Origin: Carcharhinus amblyrhynchos
Taxonomy: Eukaryota
NCBI GenBank assembly: GCA_965287045.1
Contig: OZ336885.1
Location: forward strand, 61,008,001 to 61,072,000
DNA length: 64,000 bases
Direction: 5' to 3'
The translations under genes were made by a program, and so were the position numbers. Numbering within the stretch: position 1 is the first letter of the stretch; each line of letters opens with the position of its first letter. Shown piece after piece: positions 23,629 through 37,704 of the stretch. The notes under the pieces are model-generated. The model was not told the DNA's origin, searched no databases, and saw nothing but the letters and a program-made list of their open reading frames with translations.

Positions 23629-26600
23629 ACATTGAGGCAGAAACGTGACTTTTACTCACCATCGTTTCTTGACTTTTCTGCGTACTCTGAGAAGGGAATG
23701 ATGAAGAAATAACAGATAATCAAATGCTATACCTTTCAGGCTGGACATGAATGAACATGACGCACGAGCATGTTTTGCATGATTTATTACCTTTCTGACA
23801 CTGCCTCAGCATATCTTCTGAAAACAGAAAACACAGAAAACGAAAAAAAAAACGATTGACATGATGTCACAATAGTTTATGGGCAAGCTCTAGCATCTCA
23901 ATTAGCAATCACAGTTACCATGACTGGGGCAAAAAATCGAAGGACTCATTTTTCATCAGGCAATTAATCCGAAATTGACCTCCTGAAAGCTTGAGTGTAT
24001 CCATTCAGGAAATATTTAGAAATATGAATACTCTTTGTATCATGACTATGCTTAGACGTTACACCAAATAATTTCTCAATAATGGTGCAAAAGACAGACG
24101 TTGTGAAGATCAGGAAATATGCAGAAGGCTGTTTAATTTCTCCTACTGAAACAATGGAAGCCTGAGGAACCCAGTGACGTTGATCGTTAAGTGGGAAACT
24201 TAGTTCCGTTTATTAAGACACATGGGCTATATTTAACAATGGGGACAAAGATCCGGTGTGATTAATATCATCCAGTGACTTCGGCAGGCTGGCATTCTTC
24301 ATCGTTCTTCGCCACTCTCGTCGTATTTACCCCAATGATATTCCATCAATGATATGATGGACGCAGACATTTGAGGAGAGAGGGTGGTGATCTGCCAGAC
24401 CGAGGCGGGAAGTTAGATGGCGGGTGGGCGTACTGCAAATGTCACAACTGGAGATGAAGTGATTTCCAGCCTGGACAGCTGGGAGGTGCTCTAATGATGA
24501 AGGTACGCACATCTGAACAGGCGTGGTATCCGGCCAGGAGTGGGCGAGGTATTAGAGCTGATGCCAAAGTGGGTTAGGATCCAGTCGGGGATGGGGATCA
24601 GAGAGAAAGACAGAGGGTGGGGTTTTGGCCTGGGATGGATTTGGACAGGATGATGTGTTATATCGGATATGGGAACGCGTTTTGGGGATTGTCTTTGCAC
24701 GGCCAAATGCAGTGAAGTGTATGGCAAATGGATGTGATGGACAGACAAACAGTGAGGTGAGGCTGAATGTGAATTCTAATGTGGGCTGGAAAGTCACGAA
24801 GTGCGGTAGGGTTGTGCGGGGGCTGCAGGTGGGTGGCATTTCAGACTTGGGTGAAGTCTGTCTGTTGGGGCATGCATTGCTTATGAGGCTTCGTCTGGGT
24901 GACTAGATAGTGGACAATGGAGACAACATTTAGAAGAATAAGTATCAGTGTCGTACTTCAGAAATATCCAACGTTGGTTATTTGAAACGCTCATGTTGTT
25001 TGGTTTCCACAGCCAAGCCGTATTTCCACGGAAAATTAGTATGTCTGGGCAATTGCCGGATTACTTATTTACTTTTTTTTACATTGCACCGTCCTGTAGG
25101 GATTTCCCAGCGCATCAGTGAGTGATACCACTCCCCTCCCCCGCCACCTCCTAATGCGATGAAGTGGATCCCAGAAATTACAGGCCACTATACTGTTGCA
25201 TTTTACAACAATTTGCAATCAACAATTCAGTCCCAACTTTTAAAGATATGAAGCGTCTATAATTTGTAAATTGCGAATAAAACATTATTTCATCTTAATT
25301 GATGATTATTTAGTGAACTCTTGCTTAAGTACACAGAGACGCCATTAAAACAGTGTGAAAAATAAACGACAACAGATTCCAGTTCGGAATCCGACATCGT
25401 TGATGTCGATAAGCAAGCATTCCCTCTTTGGCGTTGAGCAAACATGAGTTATTGCATTGTGAACCGTCCACACAACGTCTGTTTGTTTCCAAACAAATCA
25501 AAATGCGAATTTCAGCTGGGATGTTGCCGCTAAATTAGTATGGGTCAGTACGGGCGATAGAACCTAGCATGTAAGACTGGCTATGTGTCAGCCACGGAAA
25601 CGAATTTCTACCAAGGTATTCACAGAATGGAAGGCTCTAGTTGGATGCAATAGAATGAGAGATAAGTTAACACATACATTATTGTTCTGTTTTTCGATTG
25701 CAGGAGCGACTGTGTGATAACTGCCGAATGACCGTTATCTGAGCAACTATTGTGGAGGAGCTTGATAAGAAATTAATTGCAGGGAAAAGTTCCCAAACAA
25801 ATCAATTCGCATCAGCAAAATAGTAATGTGGGCCAAGTGACAATTCAGGAGTCAATATCGGAATTCTAAAAAGAGCAAACAAGTGACATTACAGTTATAA
25901 TTCTTTATGATTATTATTATTGCAAGGCATCACATTCACTGCCTACCTTCATCTTGAAAATAGGAATGACGTTACTTTTGTAAAAGTAAGTCTAGGCGCG
26001 AAAGGGGGATGGAACATAAAGGCGAACAGTTGCAATGAGAATGATTGTTTTCTCAGCGGAGCCATGCGTACATGAATCGCATGAATAATTTCTTCTCGGG
26101 ATCTGTTATTTGACATCATACAATCTGGCAAGACGGGAGGACATTTCATATTTAAGTTGGGGCTTGGTAATTAATTGATTCAGAAACACCAACTAAATCT
26201 TTGATATTTTCATTTTTTTATTTACAGAAAATCCATTTAAGTGAAATCAAAGTGAATGAATGGCATAGTTAATATTCCAATTCTCTGAGGCGAGAAAACT
26301 GAAACGTCGTTGGAAGTTGTTGGTGGGTACTTATGCATGAACAAGAATTCAGTTACATGATCATATAGATGTTCTAGGATTGCAAAGCTTCTTTAGGTCC
26401 AGCAGATGAAGAGTCTAGCAATCGTTAGTAGTGGGTTTTTTTCCAGCCACGCAGTAATTAAGGTCAATGAGACGATAATCATGGGCAATACATGTGCAAT
26501 AGGAAAGCACTTATTTAAATCCAGCAAATTAGCTGTTCCAAAAATGCTGCAAATTTTGAGGATGGCTGCCATAATCTCTGCAGTATCAGAACAAATAAAC

Positions 26601-27394
26601 AATTTTAAAATGTCATAGACCGGGAAGGTCAAATCAATACTGCTCTATCAAACAATGTTACTAGAACTCTTAAGTTTCCTGCACATTTTTTGTATCTTGG
26701 GCGACTCAAGACTGAAATAGAAATAATCATGGTAGTAAGGATTCGAGCAGGATGCAAGTTCTTTAAAAAAAGCTTATTCAATTCGATTTCTGTCCTGACC
26801 CGTATGTTGTAATTTTCTTTCCAATGCTTCCATTTCTGTTAAAAGAGTAACAACAGCAATCATCCTTATCATGATTATAACAGTACCAACATTAAAAACA
26901 CATAATGCACGTAACATAATGCAATAATAATCAAAGTATCCAATGACTTGTCTGTAATTATAAAGGTTCAATTGCACCGCGACTGACTTAATTTAACACC
27001 TTCTCTTTTAATTCAGTATTGTTTCGAGTCATGCCACACTGCTGAGTCTTGAGCACATTATCCAGACTGAGGTGACTGATGCAATTGCTGAGGAGCTGAG
27101 CGAAAAATCCTTATCCCTGGATGAGGATTCTCAGGTCAATTTAACGCATACTGTTACATTACTTAAAAAATCAGCAAAATTATATAGCTTGTCCAATCTC
27201 ACTAAACAGGTCACATAATGCATTATGATTTATTACAGATTAATTTCTGATCTGGAACATTGGTCTCACAGCAGTGTGTTTAATTGGACGTAATGTGTTT
27301 TCCAATGTGCACGGTTAATTTGTTCATCAATCTGTTTTGTCTCTCCCTCATTGCATTTTAATTTCTTTATTTCATTACGCACTTGTGCTCCCTC

Positions 27395-27545
27395 TCCGGA
27401 GGGAGGCATGGATGGCACTTCCTATTATCACGGGACAAGCAATCCAGAGGCCCAAGGCAATCCCAAGTTTCCCAAAGAACTGGAGCTCGATTCTCACCAC
27501 GACAGATGCATTCAATAAAAATGTGGAACTGGATTATCGTAATAG
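27395..27545 (+). mobile_element. tRNA-derived SINE head (non-HE1 shark family), degenerate
   Basis: ggc..atcacgggacaagcaatccagaggcc..gctcgattctcaccacgacagatg..caataaaaatgtggaa; degenerate A/B-box-like head. Confidence 0.5.
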
Positions 27546-29299
27546 CGCAGCTGGCATATATATTTGAGGATGAATTCTGGATACCTTACCTAATTTGCTA
27601 TGCACCTACATATGATTCTACATTCATATCACTTTGGTGTTTTAAAAAGGTTCCTAACAAGCCATTCGGCGAAGGATAATCATGGATAGGCAATACAGAT
27701 GGATATACTTAGCTTTTCCAACATCCCTACATAAATGAGCAATAATAATATAAACGTATTTGTTCATCGCCTTTCCCTATGACCATTCTCTCTGGCACAT
27801 AATACCTATAATCGTAATATCAATAAGATTTGCTCTGCTAAAACCCTTCAACCAGCACATCAATTAACAAATTGTGACATTTTAAACATTAACTCTCAGC
27901 AGCTACTACCCAGTCCAAAACTGGACGGATAAGTAACGGCTACAGCAATGATTTGACAACAATTATAGCAATAATGGCTTTAAAAGGGCTACTCCGGTTG
28001 AAATCTAAACATATTGGGATTTTTTGTCAATTGTTAGATTACAACTAGATGCAGGGTATAAAAGGGATCTGGTCTGGGGAGGTCTGATCTGAAGCTTCCT
28101 GCGTTCGTCGGATCCGGGAAGTTGTTTACATTCACCAAATGTTGATCCAATTCTTATGGCTACTACGTAAGGAGTATGCAGTTCGAACTAAGTGTAATGG
28201 CTTCCTTCTCAATTAATTTCACTGAGTGTTCGAGCCATGTGATCTGTTTCTGGTAATACAATTGGCTGGTTGATAGAGAATCTTCTGTAAGCGAGTGAAA
28301 AATTGTGATAAAGGGACATGTGAGCCATTTCTTCAGCAGCAATAACCCGAATAGACCAGCCATCGCAACATGATCTTGCATCCTGAAGGATACTTCAAAA
28401 AATGAAAACAAAACCTACGTCAATGATGGTTCTTGGCCAACAGTTTTCCTGAACTCGGTAGTATCTATCTTAAGTTAAATAGTTAAAGCGGATGTTCAAT
28501 TAAAGTTAAGATGCAGTTTAAGTATTAAAATTCAGTAACGAGTTAATGAATTGGAATTGTTTATGTTTGAATTGGTGCTAGAAGTGTTTAATAAAGGAAT
28601 TGTTGAATTATTGTCCTTATTTGTCTCACTAAACTGGAAACCTTGGAAGGTGTTTAAATTCAACAAAAGTTACTCACAACACCTCTTCTCAACTTGCACT
28701 TTTCTGACACCTAATCCATTGGCATGCCATCAGGGCTGTCTCTTACTCCGCGGCTCTCTCCAACGTAAGAACAGTTTTAGCATACACACGATTACACACG
28801 ACCCGCAGCAAAGAACACCATCTCTAAAATGGTCGACTTTTTTTGAGGGTGGAAAAAAAACGATAGCAAATCGATCATTAATATTTTCACAGCTGTGCAG
28901 ACTATATTATGGCATGGTCGCCAGGTATCACTACTTAATTTTTTTTCTCATAGTATTGTGAGAAGCCGACAATTGCACAAACAATTTGGAACATAAACTG
29001 ACGGCCTAAAAAAATCATTAGGGATGGTTGAGTCTTTTTGTTGTTTCCCTTGATTGAATTTATAAACATTGATGTTTGTCCACTGTATGATTACGTCAAC
29101 AACCGTTTCTACTCAAAAAACACTGATATCGTCTCTCAAAAAAATGAAACCAATGACTTGATACGGAAAGTAGACAAATCCTGGTTGCAAATATTCTTCA
29201 TCGCCAACACGCAGAAAACAAACACAGTGAGGTACTGGCTACTTCATGATATTCAACAGTGATGAAAAATAAATTGTTACACTTAAATAAATTTGATTT

Positions 29300-29550
29300 T
29301 TTTTATTTCACTCGTGGAATATGGGCGTCGCTGACCGCCCAGCATTTATTGCCAATCCCTAGTGGGTGAGCTGCCTTTTGAAACGCTGCAGCCCATATGC
29401 AGTGGTTTATTCACAATGAAATTAGCAAGGAACTGTCAGGATTTCGATCCAGTGGCTGTGAAGGAACGGCGTTATATTTCCATGTCATGACGGTGAGTAA
29501 CATGGAAGTGAAGTTGTAAGTGGCGGTGTTCCTATGGATCTGTTGCCCTT
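29300..29550 (-). mobile_element. CR1/L2-group LINE 3' fragment
   Basis: tttattcactcgtggaatatgggcgtcgctgaccgcccagcatttattgcc..gtgaaggaacggcgttatatttcca; recurrent antisense LINE terminus in this window. Confidence 0.7.
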
Positions 29551-30414
29551 GTGATTACATGGTGAGTCATGTTGAGTTTCTCGTCAATGGTAATCGCAAA
29601 GGACGTTGACAGTGGAGGATACAACAATGGTAACTCCGTGAAATTGAAGGATTTCAGGAGCTTTATTTTTATTCGGTATGATAATATTCGAAGATGCGTC
29701 CTCAGCCATAAGTAGTACCTAAAGTTGTAAAATGCTGTTGCAGTAAACATTGACACTATTTCTAATCTTTAGCTGGGACTGTTGGCGTTCGTTATTTAAT
29801 GTTTCTTTAATTTACTTTTGATTAGTTCATGTAATTGTTTGTGCATTGCACTGACAGCATGCTTATTTCACTATAATTTCATTTTTTTCCCGACTGAATA
29901 TGTTAAAAAAACCCCGTAATTTAATAAAACATCTCTGCTGCTTTAATCATGGATTCTGATATCTTGCAATGATAAGGGAATCTTCTTTTTTGGCGAACTT
30001 CTCGGCGAAGTGTGTGACACAAAATTGATTGTTTCAAAGTCAGACGATTTTACAACTGCTCTCACAGGAAATGTGTATTTTGAATTGATTGCACGTTTGA
30101 AAGTAACATAATACTGGAGAAAACAAAGATTGATGTCATTGTTTCGAACTACTTAATAACGCTTAACGTGTCCATTCTTTGTCCCTGAATGTTAACGTTT
30201 ATTGTGAATACTCTGGCTATAGAACATTTATTTGATTGGGCAGATTGATTGATCAGAGATTTTGTCATCTTTTCTAAATGCACAATTTATCTTCTCTATT
30301 TTAAACGTAATGGACATCGAGTTGACAAGGAAAGATAAATGTTTTGCCAAAACGTCTTTCTTTTTGTGATGAAGACATTTATCCAAGACAACATGACATT
30401 GCAAATGCAAGGTC

Positions 30415-31400
30415 CTTATCACACCACAGAACCACCGATCTTTTGCAGTGCAGAATGAAACCATTCACCCTAGCCATTCTGTGTTGATTCGAAGAATGAG
30501 CAATATTCCGGTAACACTCCATTTTCCAATTCCTGTAACCTTGCACATTGTTTTGTTCCTGATAGGAACCCAGTGCCCAGCCATTCAGCTCTCAATTTGT
30601 TCCCTCCAACCTTCAATCACCATCTGGATGATACTTTTTCTTGAGCATCCCATTTTCTCCATTTGCTTTTATTTTAGTTTTAGATCTACGTCCTTGAATT
30701 CTGCATGCTTTCTTCAATAGTTGCAATTTGTATCTCTTATACTTGTCCGTATCATTCAGTATATTTAATACCACTACCGATTGTCCTCTCAACTTTACTT
30801 TCTCTAAATCACTGAAATTTGCCCTCGTTGCTACAGGCAGTTATCACCTGATTCACTCTTGAGAATCTCTTCTTTACTCTTTCCAATGCCTTCATATTCT
30901 TCCTCAAGTATGTCGGCAGAACAGGCCACAGTCCTCCAGATGAAATCTAGCAATTTTCTTGCACACATTTTACACGTCCTTCTTAAAAGGTAACACAATG
31001 TCTCCTGCTAATCAAGGCCTGCATATACTATACAATCTAGTAACTGCCCTGCCAGCATGCCGTACCATCTTCAAATACTTATGTACAGATCCACCAGCGT
31101 CCTCTGGATTTCGGTACGGATTCTCCCTGCATATGATTATGTTTCTCCATATTTTCCCTGACGAATTGAAACGGCTCAAGTTCTGTCCATTGAAATTCAT
31201 TTGTCATTTGATTGCCCAACACATCAAGATGTATATATTATTTTCAATCAAGACTCTCATCAACACAGTTAATAATTTTTCCAATCTTTTCATCATGTTA
31301 AAATTTCAAATCATGTCCTGAAGACCAAAATCAGTGTTATTAATATATATGATTAAGGGCAGTGGCATCAATCCTGACTGTTGCAGAACTTTTTTTTTTA
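30415..31400 (-). mobile_element. Old CR1 LINE 3' part
   Basis: Antisense CR1 pattern (MNFNGQNLS..GGSVHKYLK..AVTR in ORF 31012-31200; cttcctcaagtatg..cagtcctccagatg). Confidence 0.7.
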
Positions 31401-32130
31401 CCAAACTGAAAGCAGCCATTTTATGTAGGTGTTATGTTGATTTTCGCTCAGCTCGTTTCGTATCAATGTGCTTTCTTCCCCACAGACTGACTACTAGCGT
31501 TTCAACCCAGCGTCGATGTAATATATTTGACGCCAGTTTGCATAAAAAAAACTGGTAATCATGAATTCACAATGGTGGGCATTGACAAAGAAGTTTTTCT
31601 ATACCACTATCCGGAATGCCCCAAACGTTGGGAAACGCATTCAATTTCATTGTAATTGTAAGCGAGATGAAAGTGGGCTGAATATGCAAGATCTGCAGCA
31701 AAATTGAGTTCATTATTTGAAACAAAATTTAACAAAGGCTGCATAGTAAGCTGCTAGTTTGACGTTATTCATGCATTGTGTCATTCATGTTATCAAATTC
31801 CTTCGGTCCAAAGCTGCTTAATTTCCTTCTTAAGATCTATCTCTTTGGAGTGGCTTCTTCCGTGAATTTTTTTTAGCAATTCCACTCCAGCTATTCTTTT
31901 ATTTTAGAAATTGTGTTTTTTTTTCAGTCAATCACTAGTATGGTCGTGTCCCTTTCTGTCTCTGTAACATTCCACATTTTTACGGAATTTCAAATGACAA
32001 AGACGTTCCCAGTTCCGGCCTCTCTTAAACAACAATATATGCACTTAATATCTATGACCATTTCTTTATTTGGAAACGATTTTAAGTCCGTAATTCTCTG
32101 CATGAGCTTCACAAACTTACTCCTATTCCT

Positions 32131-32478
32131 TCATAGAATCATAGAACCCTACAGTGCACAAAGAGGCCCTTCGGCCCATCGAGTCTGCACCAAACACAAT
32201 CCCATCCAGGCCCTATCCCATATCCCTACATAATCTACGCACTAATCCCTCTAACCTACATACCCCTGGACACTAAGGGGCAATTTCTTAGCATGGCCAA
32301 GCAATCTAACCCGCACATCTTTGGACTGTGGGAGGAAACCGGAGTACCCAGAGGAAACCCACTCAGACACGAGAAGAACGTGCAAACTCCACATATTCAC
32401 TGACCCGAGCCGGAAATCAAAGCCAGGACCCTGGAGCTGCGAAGCAGCAGTGCTAACCGCTGTGCTCATGTGCCGCCC
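32131..32478 (-). mobile_element. HE1-type V-SINE, full length, relatively young
   Basis: tRNA-like head GGGCGGCAC..GGTTAGCACTGCTG, V-domain GGGTTTCCTCTGGGTACTCCGGTTTCCTCCCACAGTCCAAAGA, CR1-like tail GATGGGCCGAAGGGCCTC and (ATTCTATG)n. Confidence 0.93.
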
Positions 32479-35139
32479 AGTAAAACGTGTACTCCTGACA
32501 AAGCATTAATTTGCTGCAAAATGTACCTTTCTTTGCGTCGCTATCTCATGTTTGGTTTTAGAATCCTCCTCTAATAAAGTGTGAAACAGATAATTATATT
32601 GTATGTGTTGTGTACATTCAAGTTGACAAAATGATTGTTCTACTGTACATTTTACCCCATTACTATCCTGCGCAATAAACAAAAAACACAATGGAGATAA
32701 ACTTGACCAATTTACCGCAATAAGTTTTCACTATTGCCAATCCAACTATAATATGGACAGTGGTCCTCGTTATGTTTTGATGTTAATAGTTTTAATGTCT
32801 CCGCGGACGGCCACGTCCAATTTAGTGTTCACATATCGTTATTCCCAAACTTCTTGAAGGACTTTTCGTGGCACAGCAGTTCTCTTCCTCGATCCTTTGC
32901 TTAACACTACCAACCATTTTCTCGATGATTATGTCAGTGACAATACAGTCTACATTTGTGGTCACAACAATATATTCAATGTGGCTAGCTTTTCATCCTT
33001 TTCTTTGTAGTATTGTTACAAATTGCTTTGAGATGACTCTGATATTACAGTAGAATTTTAATGTGAATTATTATTTACAAATTGAATCTGTTAAACATAA
33101 GTGTCATCTCTCCGTGAGTTCTGCTGCCAAGTGCAGTCTATTATTTTCTCCATGTTGCATTGGATGTCAGAATGTTCTGCCCTTGCCAATGTACTAAAAA
33201 ACTTAACACTGTGATAAGGAAAATGAACTTTGTTGTCATCGACACAGAGAGCCTATAAAGAATTGTGAATCGTGTGTCATGCTTCTTTTTGAGAATGCAT
33301 TAAACAGTACTGTCCAGAAAATGAGTTTCTGCAGAAATATTATAACTCAAACTGATTTACCCGTAGATAATCATCTGACAGCAACAATAATGACGTGCAT
33401 GTGTCGTTTGCGCTATGAGGCAGAACATTGAGGCACTTTGTAGCAGAGGGAATGGGAAAGCAGTGCACATGGCATTTACTACTTATTTTCGTTTGAGAAA
33501 GGAAGATATATCTCGACCAATTACATGTTTGGCAGAGCAGCAATAAAGAAAGCTCGTTTGCAAACATATACTGTCTTCAGAAAGACACAATTCGTTTTGT
33601 TTCTGATTGGACATTTCTTTTCGAATAGAATGAGCTCCACAATGCAAAATTGATTACAAGGCAAAAACGTGAACCACCACTGAAACGTTATAATGATATA
33701 AATTTATCTTAATAACTATAAAAAAGGAAATCTTCCTTCCTTCTGTTGAAACCAATATGCACGTCAATTTACAAGCTCAATGAATACTAATTTACTTAAT
33801 ATGCATAAATATTGCTGATACTATACTAATGGAATTATGTCTAGAAGACACCATTAATTGACTTCCTGGAGCAAATTCGTTCATTCTGTTGCTTATTGTT
33901 GAACAAAAGACATTTAAAAGATTCCTCACGATTGGATAGCAAAATACGTTTTCTCGTTTTGTAATAGCTTGGGACATTGATCACTGGCAACATGTTTAGC
34001 TTTTTTTAATAAGAAAATTCAGCAGGATATGTATGCATTTACATATCTCAGGAGAAAATAACACAGTTAACATATGATGGCATAACTTTGAAGTTTAGTC
34101 ATCGTTGAAGTATGGAAATAATGGCAGCAAAACTACATACACAGAAACATCCCAGAAGCAGGGTATTGCCCAGATAACTTGGTACTTTCAGACAATATTA
34201 TTCGATCAGATAATGTTATCGGATTATTTTCCCCCATTTCGATTGAGAAAACTGCGTGTTTTGGTTTACAATCCACTCGAAAGAGTCTTCGACCAAACAC
34301 AGAATACACCTTTTCTTGTGTCCGTGTTCATAGCTTGCAATGAGGCTGAAAATTAGCGCCCTATTCGCAAGTGTCCCGTCTTGGTGCCCATCTGTAACTC
34401 GATTAATCAACAGAGAAATACACGACAAGTAAGTTATCATAATTTCTGCTGATATCAGAATTACATTTTCTGAAATTTGAGGGTATGTTATTACAGGGAC
34501 GTATTAGATTTTATAAAACAGTGATATAATGCATAGGGTTTCTTTGGTCACAGTACGACTCATGTAATCTGATATTCCAAAGAATTGTTTAGTTCTAATG
34601 TTTGGAAGACAATGTCATATCATAATAGGGCCAAAATGTTCTGAAATAAATCATAGCAATGCTGATGCTGATAGTTGAGATGAATGTAGTTACAAAGATC
34701 GTGTTGGTCCAACGACAGGGACGAATGCCGTCTGATAAAGAACACATATAATTCAATGCTAATATTATATTTTGTGTCGGATTCGGGTCAGCTTGTTCAT
34801 CGCTACGTTACAGGCATAGTTGAAGGCTATTTGCTAGATCGAAAACGTTCCTCATGACCAAAGAGGAAGGTATTCATCGAAATATTTATGAACACTTGGG
34901 CCTCTCCAATTTTGGACGGTCAGTATTCCCAACCATCCGTTCTTATGTTGTTGCGAATTCTTCTCAGCATTGCTGATCTTCGCACTGAATTGCAAAAAAG
35001 AGAACTAAAGTATATTCGACCATAGTCAGCTGAATCTGCCCCCTTTCTTGACGGCCTATATTTATTGTGAAAATATCCTGCAGGTTTAAATACATAACGG
35101 ATGGCAAGATTGCCAGACTTCTTCGCTAAAAATAGAAAT

Positions 35140-36400
35140 CAGCAAGGATACAACATATTGTAAAGGACTAGAACAGGCCCGTCGGCCCACGAAGCCTGGT
35201 CAAAACATTATATCCTTCGAAGCAAATAACTCCTGCACCTCCAGGTCGGTGTCCCTCTGTTCAACGCCTGTTAAGATGCCTCTTAAACGATACGATTCTA
35301 CTTGCTTCAACAACGAATTCTGGCAGCGTATAAGAGGCAATTACAGCCTTCTGTGTAAAGATCTTGTTTGTTACATTTTCTTATCACATCTCCGTTTTCA
35401 TTTAAACCTATATCCCCGAGTAGTTGGTATTTTTATCCTGGGGGAAATGTTGTGATTTTCCATTATATCCATGCGCTTCATGATATTTGAAACCCACCCC
35501 CCCCCCCCCCCCCCCGCCGCCGCCCCCGGCCCCGCCGGCATCTCCCAATGGAAAGTAACCAATTTACTCCTTCTCAAAGTTAACACCCTTCAAATTAGAG
35601 AGCAACCTGCTGAACCATGTCGACCCTCATCTCAGCTTCGACATCTCACTGGTTCTGTGGCCACCAGAACTGTACTCAGTTACCAAATGGGGCCTAACTA
35701 AAGTTCAATAAATTTGCCATCAGTGTCGCAATGTTTTACACTCGATGACCCGACTTATGAAAGTAAGAATGCCATTTGCTTTCTTGATCACATTAGCCAT
35801 TTATGTTGCCAGTTTCTGTGAACTGTGAACCTGTACGCTTAGATCGACTACGTATTTTACTGCAAATTTCTCTCCACATTACACCTTCATTTATAATTCG
35901 CACTTCTCCATATTACAATCCATTTGCCTTTTTTTCCATTAAAGTCTCCAGCTCCACAAGACTGCCAGAATTCCACAACCTTTGTGTGGGCCGTAACTTT
36001 ACATATCAAACTACCTCGATGGTCTTCCAAATAAATGTTTACACGAACAACAAGAGTCCCAGCGCTAATTGCTGCAACTCAATCAACTTTGTGAGAGTCA
36101 ACCTAACCCGATAAAATTCCTGCTTCCTATTGCTAATGTCTCTTTTCTTTTCTCATGTGAACAAATCTTATCAATCAGAATCTGCCGCTGGAATTGTTCT
36201 ACCACTAATATAAGGCTGACCGGCCTGTGATTTCTCAGGATATCTCTGTTGTCTTCCTAAACCAAGGGAAAAACAACTTTGGCTCTCTTCCAGCCCTTTA
36301 TGACCTCCTCTGTGAGAAAGTTCGATAAGATTAAGTACACAGCTCCAACAATTTCCTCTTTCCGTCTCTCAATAGTGCGGGACAGATCCCATCAAATTGT
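35140..36400 (-). mobile_element. Old CR1 LINE 3'/RT fragment
   Basis: Antisense CR1 3' UTR (gaacaggcccgtcggcccac), tggccaccagaactgtactcag, and taaggctgaccggcctgtgattt (antisense N-x-RPVSL). Confidence 0.75.
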
Positions 36401-37032
36401 GGATTCTTGCCTGCGTTAACGTTATTTTTTCAGGGCAGCTAACAACTCCCCGTTATTTATATCGACGTGTGCTCGTCAATAAGCACAGAATGTCAATATA
36501 TTATCATACGGTTGTAGAGGAACTAACGAATTTGATTCTGAACCAAACATATAACTTTCTCATATTTCTTAATGGGAAAATGAATACACAGATTTCAGCG
36601 ATGTTTCCAGTCGGCGCCCTTCTCTGAGGCAGCAGAGGTCACATAAGTGAAGACGCCGTTAATGGTAGAACAAAATCCAAGTATACGACAAAGTAGAGAT
36701 CTGGAAATTGTCATTCCATTGGCTCCGGTACTATCTCCTGAGCAAGATAAATTATGTTGGGCACATTCTGTTCATAAACAAAGACGAATAATGGAGGTCC
36801 CTTCGTCGCTTAGGCCGAGGTTTATCCATTCAATTGTCTCTCGATCTCCAATGCCCTGCGGGATATTAGCATACAGCGCAATCTGCGTTGTGTCCGTTTT
36901 TTCGCTGGTAAGGTGCAAAAGTGCCTCTAACAATCTTCCTCAAATGACTGACTCAGCGAATATACCGAATCTCTATACCACGAATCTAATGATTGATTAG
37001 CTAACCTGATGAACGAGAATGTGAAAAACGTT

Positions 37033-37310
37033 GGGGCAGCACAGTGGCGCAGTGGTTAGCACCGCTGCCTCACAACACCAGATAATGCAGGTTCAATCCC
37101 CAGTTTGGGTCACTGTCTCTGCGGAGTCTGCACATTCTTCCCGTCTGTATGGGTTTCCTCCGGGTTACCCGGCTTGCACCAACAGTCCAAAGATGTGTGC
37201 GTTAGCTATGCTAAATTCTCCCTCAGCGTAACCAAACAGGCGCTAGAGTGTGATGACTGGGGGATTTTCACAGTAACTTCATAGCAGTATAAGTCTACTT
37301 CTGACAAATG
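37033..37310 (+). mobile_element. V-SINE with HE1-like head but alternative tail
   Basis: GGGCAGCACAGTGGCGCAGTGGTTAGCAC head, V core GGGTTTCCTCCGGG, tail aacaggcgctagagtgtgatgactgggggattttcacagtaacttc. Confidence 0.85.
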
Positions 37311-37424
37311 AATCTTGAACGCCTTTCGTGGCTATTGCATTCCTGGAATGAGGTTCTAACCTTGTAGTTCTGTCTCAGCGGTGCACAAGTCACACTTTTC
37401 ATCCATCCAATGCACATTGCCTTT

Positions 37425-37560
37425 ACTGGCTTACCAGCATTTATTGCTCATCCCTAGTTGCCCGAGTGAACTTTAGAATCATCCGCATTGCTGTGGCTCT
37501 GGGCTCATATGTAGGCCCGATCATGTAAGGACGGCAGATTTCCTCCCCTTAATCACCTTA
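37425..37560 (-). mobile_element. Shark SINE fragment (antisense)
   Basis: ccagcatttattgctcatccctagttgccc..gtaggcccga..gtaaggacggcagatttcct; same family as 9590-9750. Confidence 0.6.
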
Positions 37561-37704
37561 ATGCAATTTAGGATACCCAGCACTTCCCAATTCCTGTGGC
37601 TCCACACACGATTTCCCACAATTCCACTTGACTGCCCTACAGTCGCAGAGTCACTGAAGCTCACAACATGGACACATATTTACTAAGATGCAACTGGCAC
37701 TTCA

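Noticed and set aside
25000-29300. Short ORFs (e.g. 26393-26632, 28551-28961) as exons
   Set aside because: No domain similarity, low-complexity hydrophobic composition typical of random AT-rich ORFs, and no consistent splice frame.
32400-32478. tRNA genes at tRNA-like heads (also 37033, 42426, 51113, 58620)
   Set aside because: Each continues into a V-SINE core and tail; these are SINE heads, not tRNA genes.
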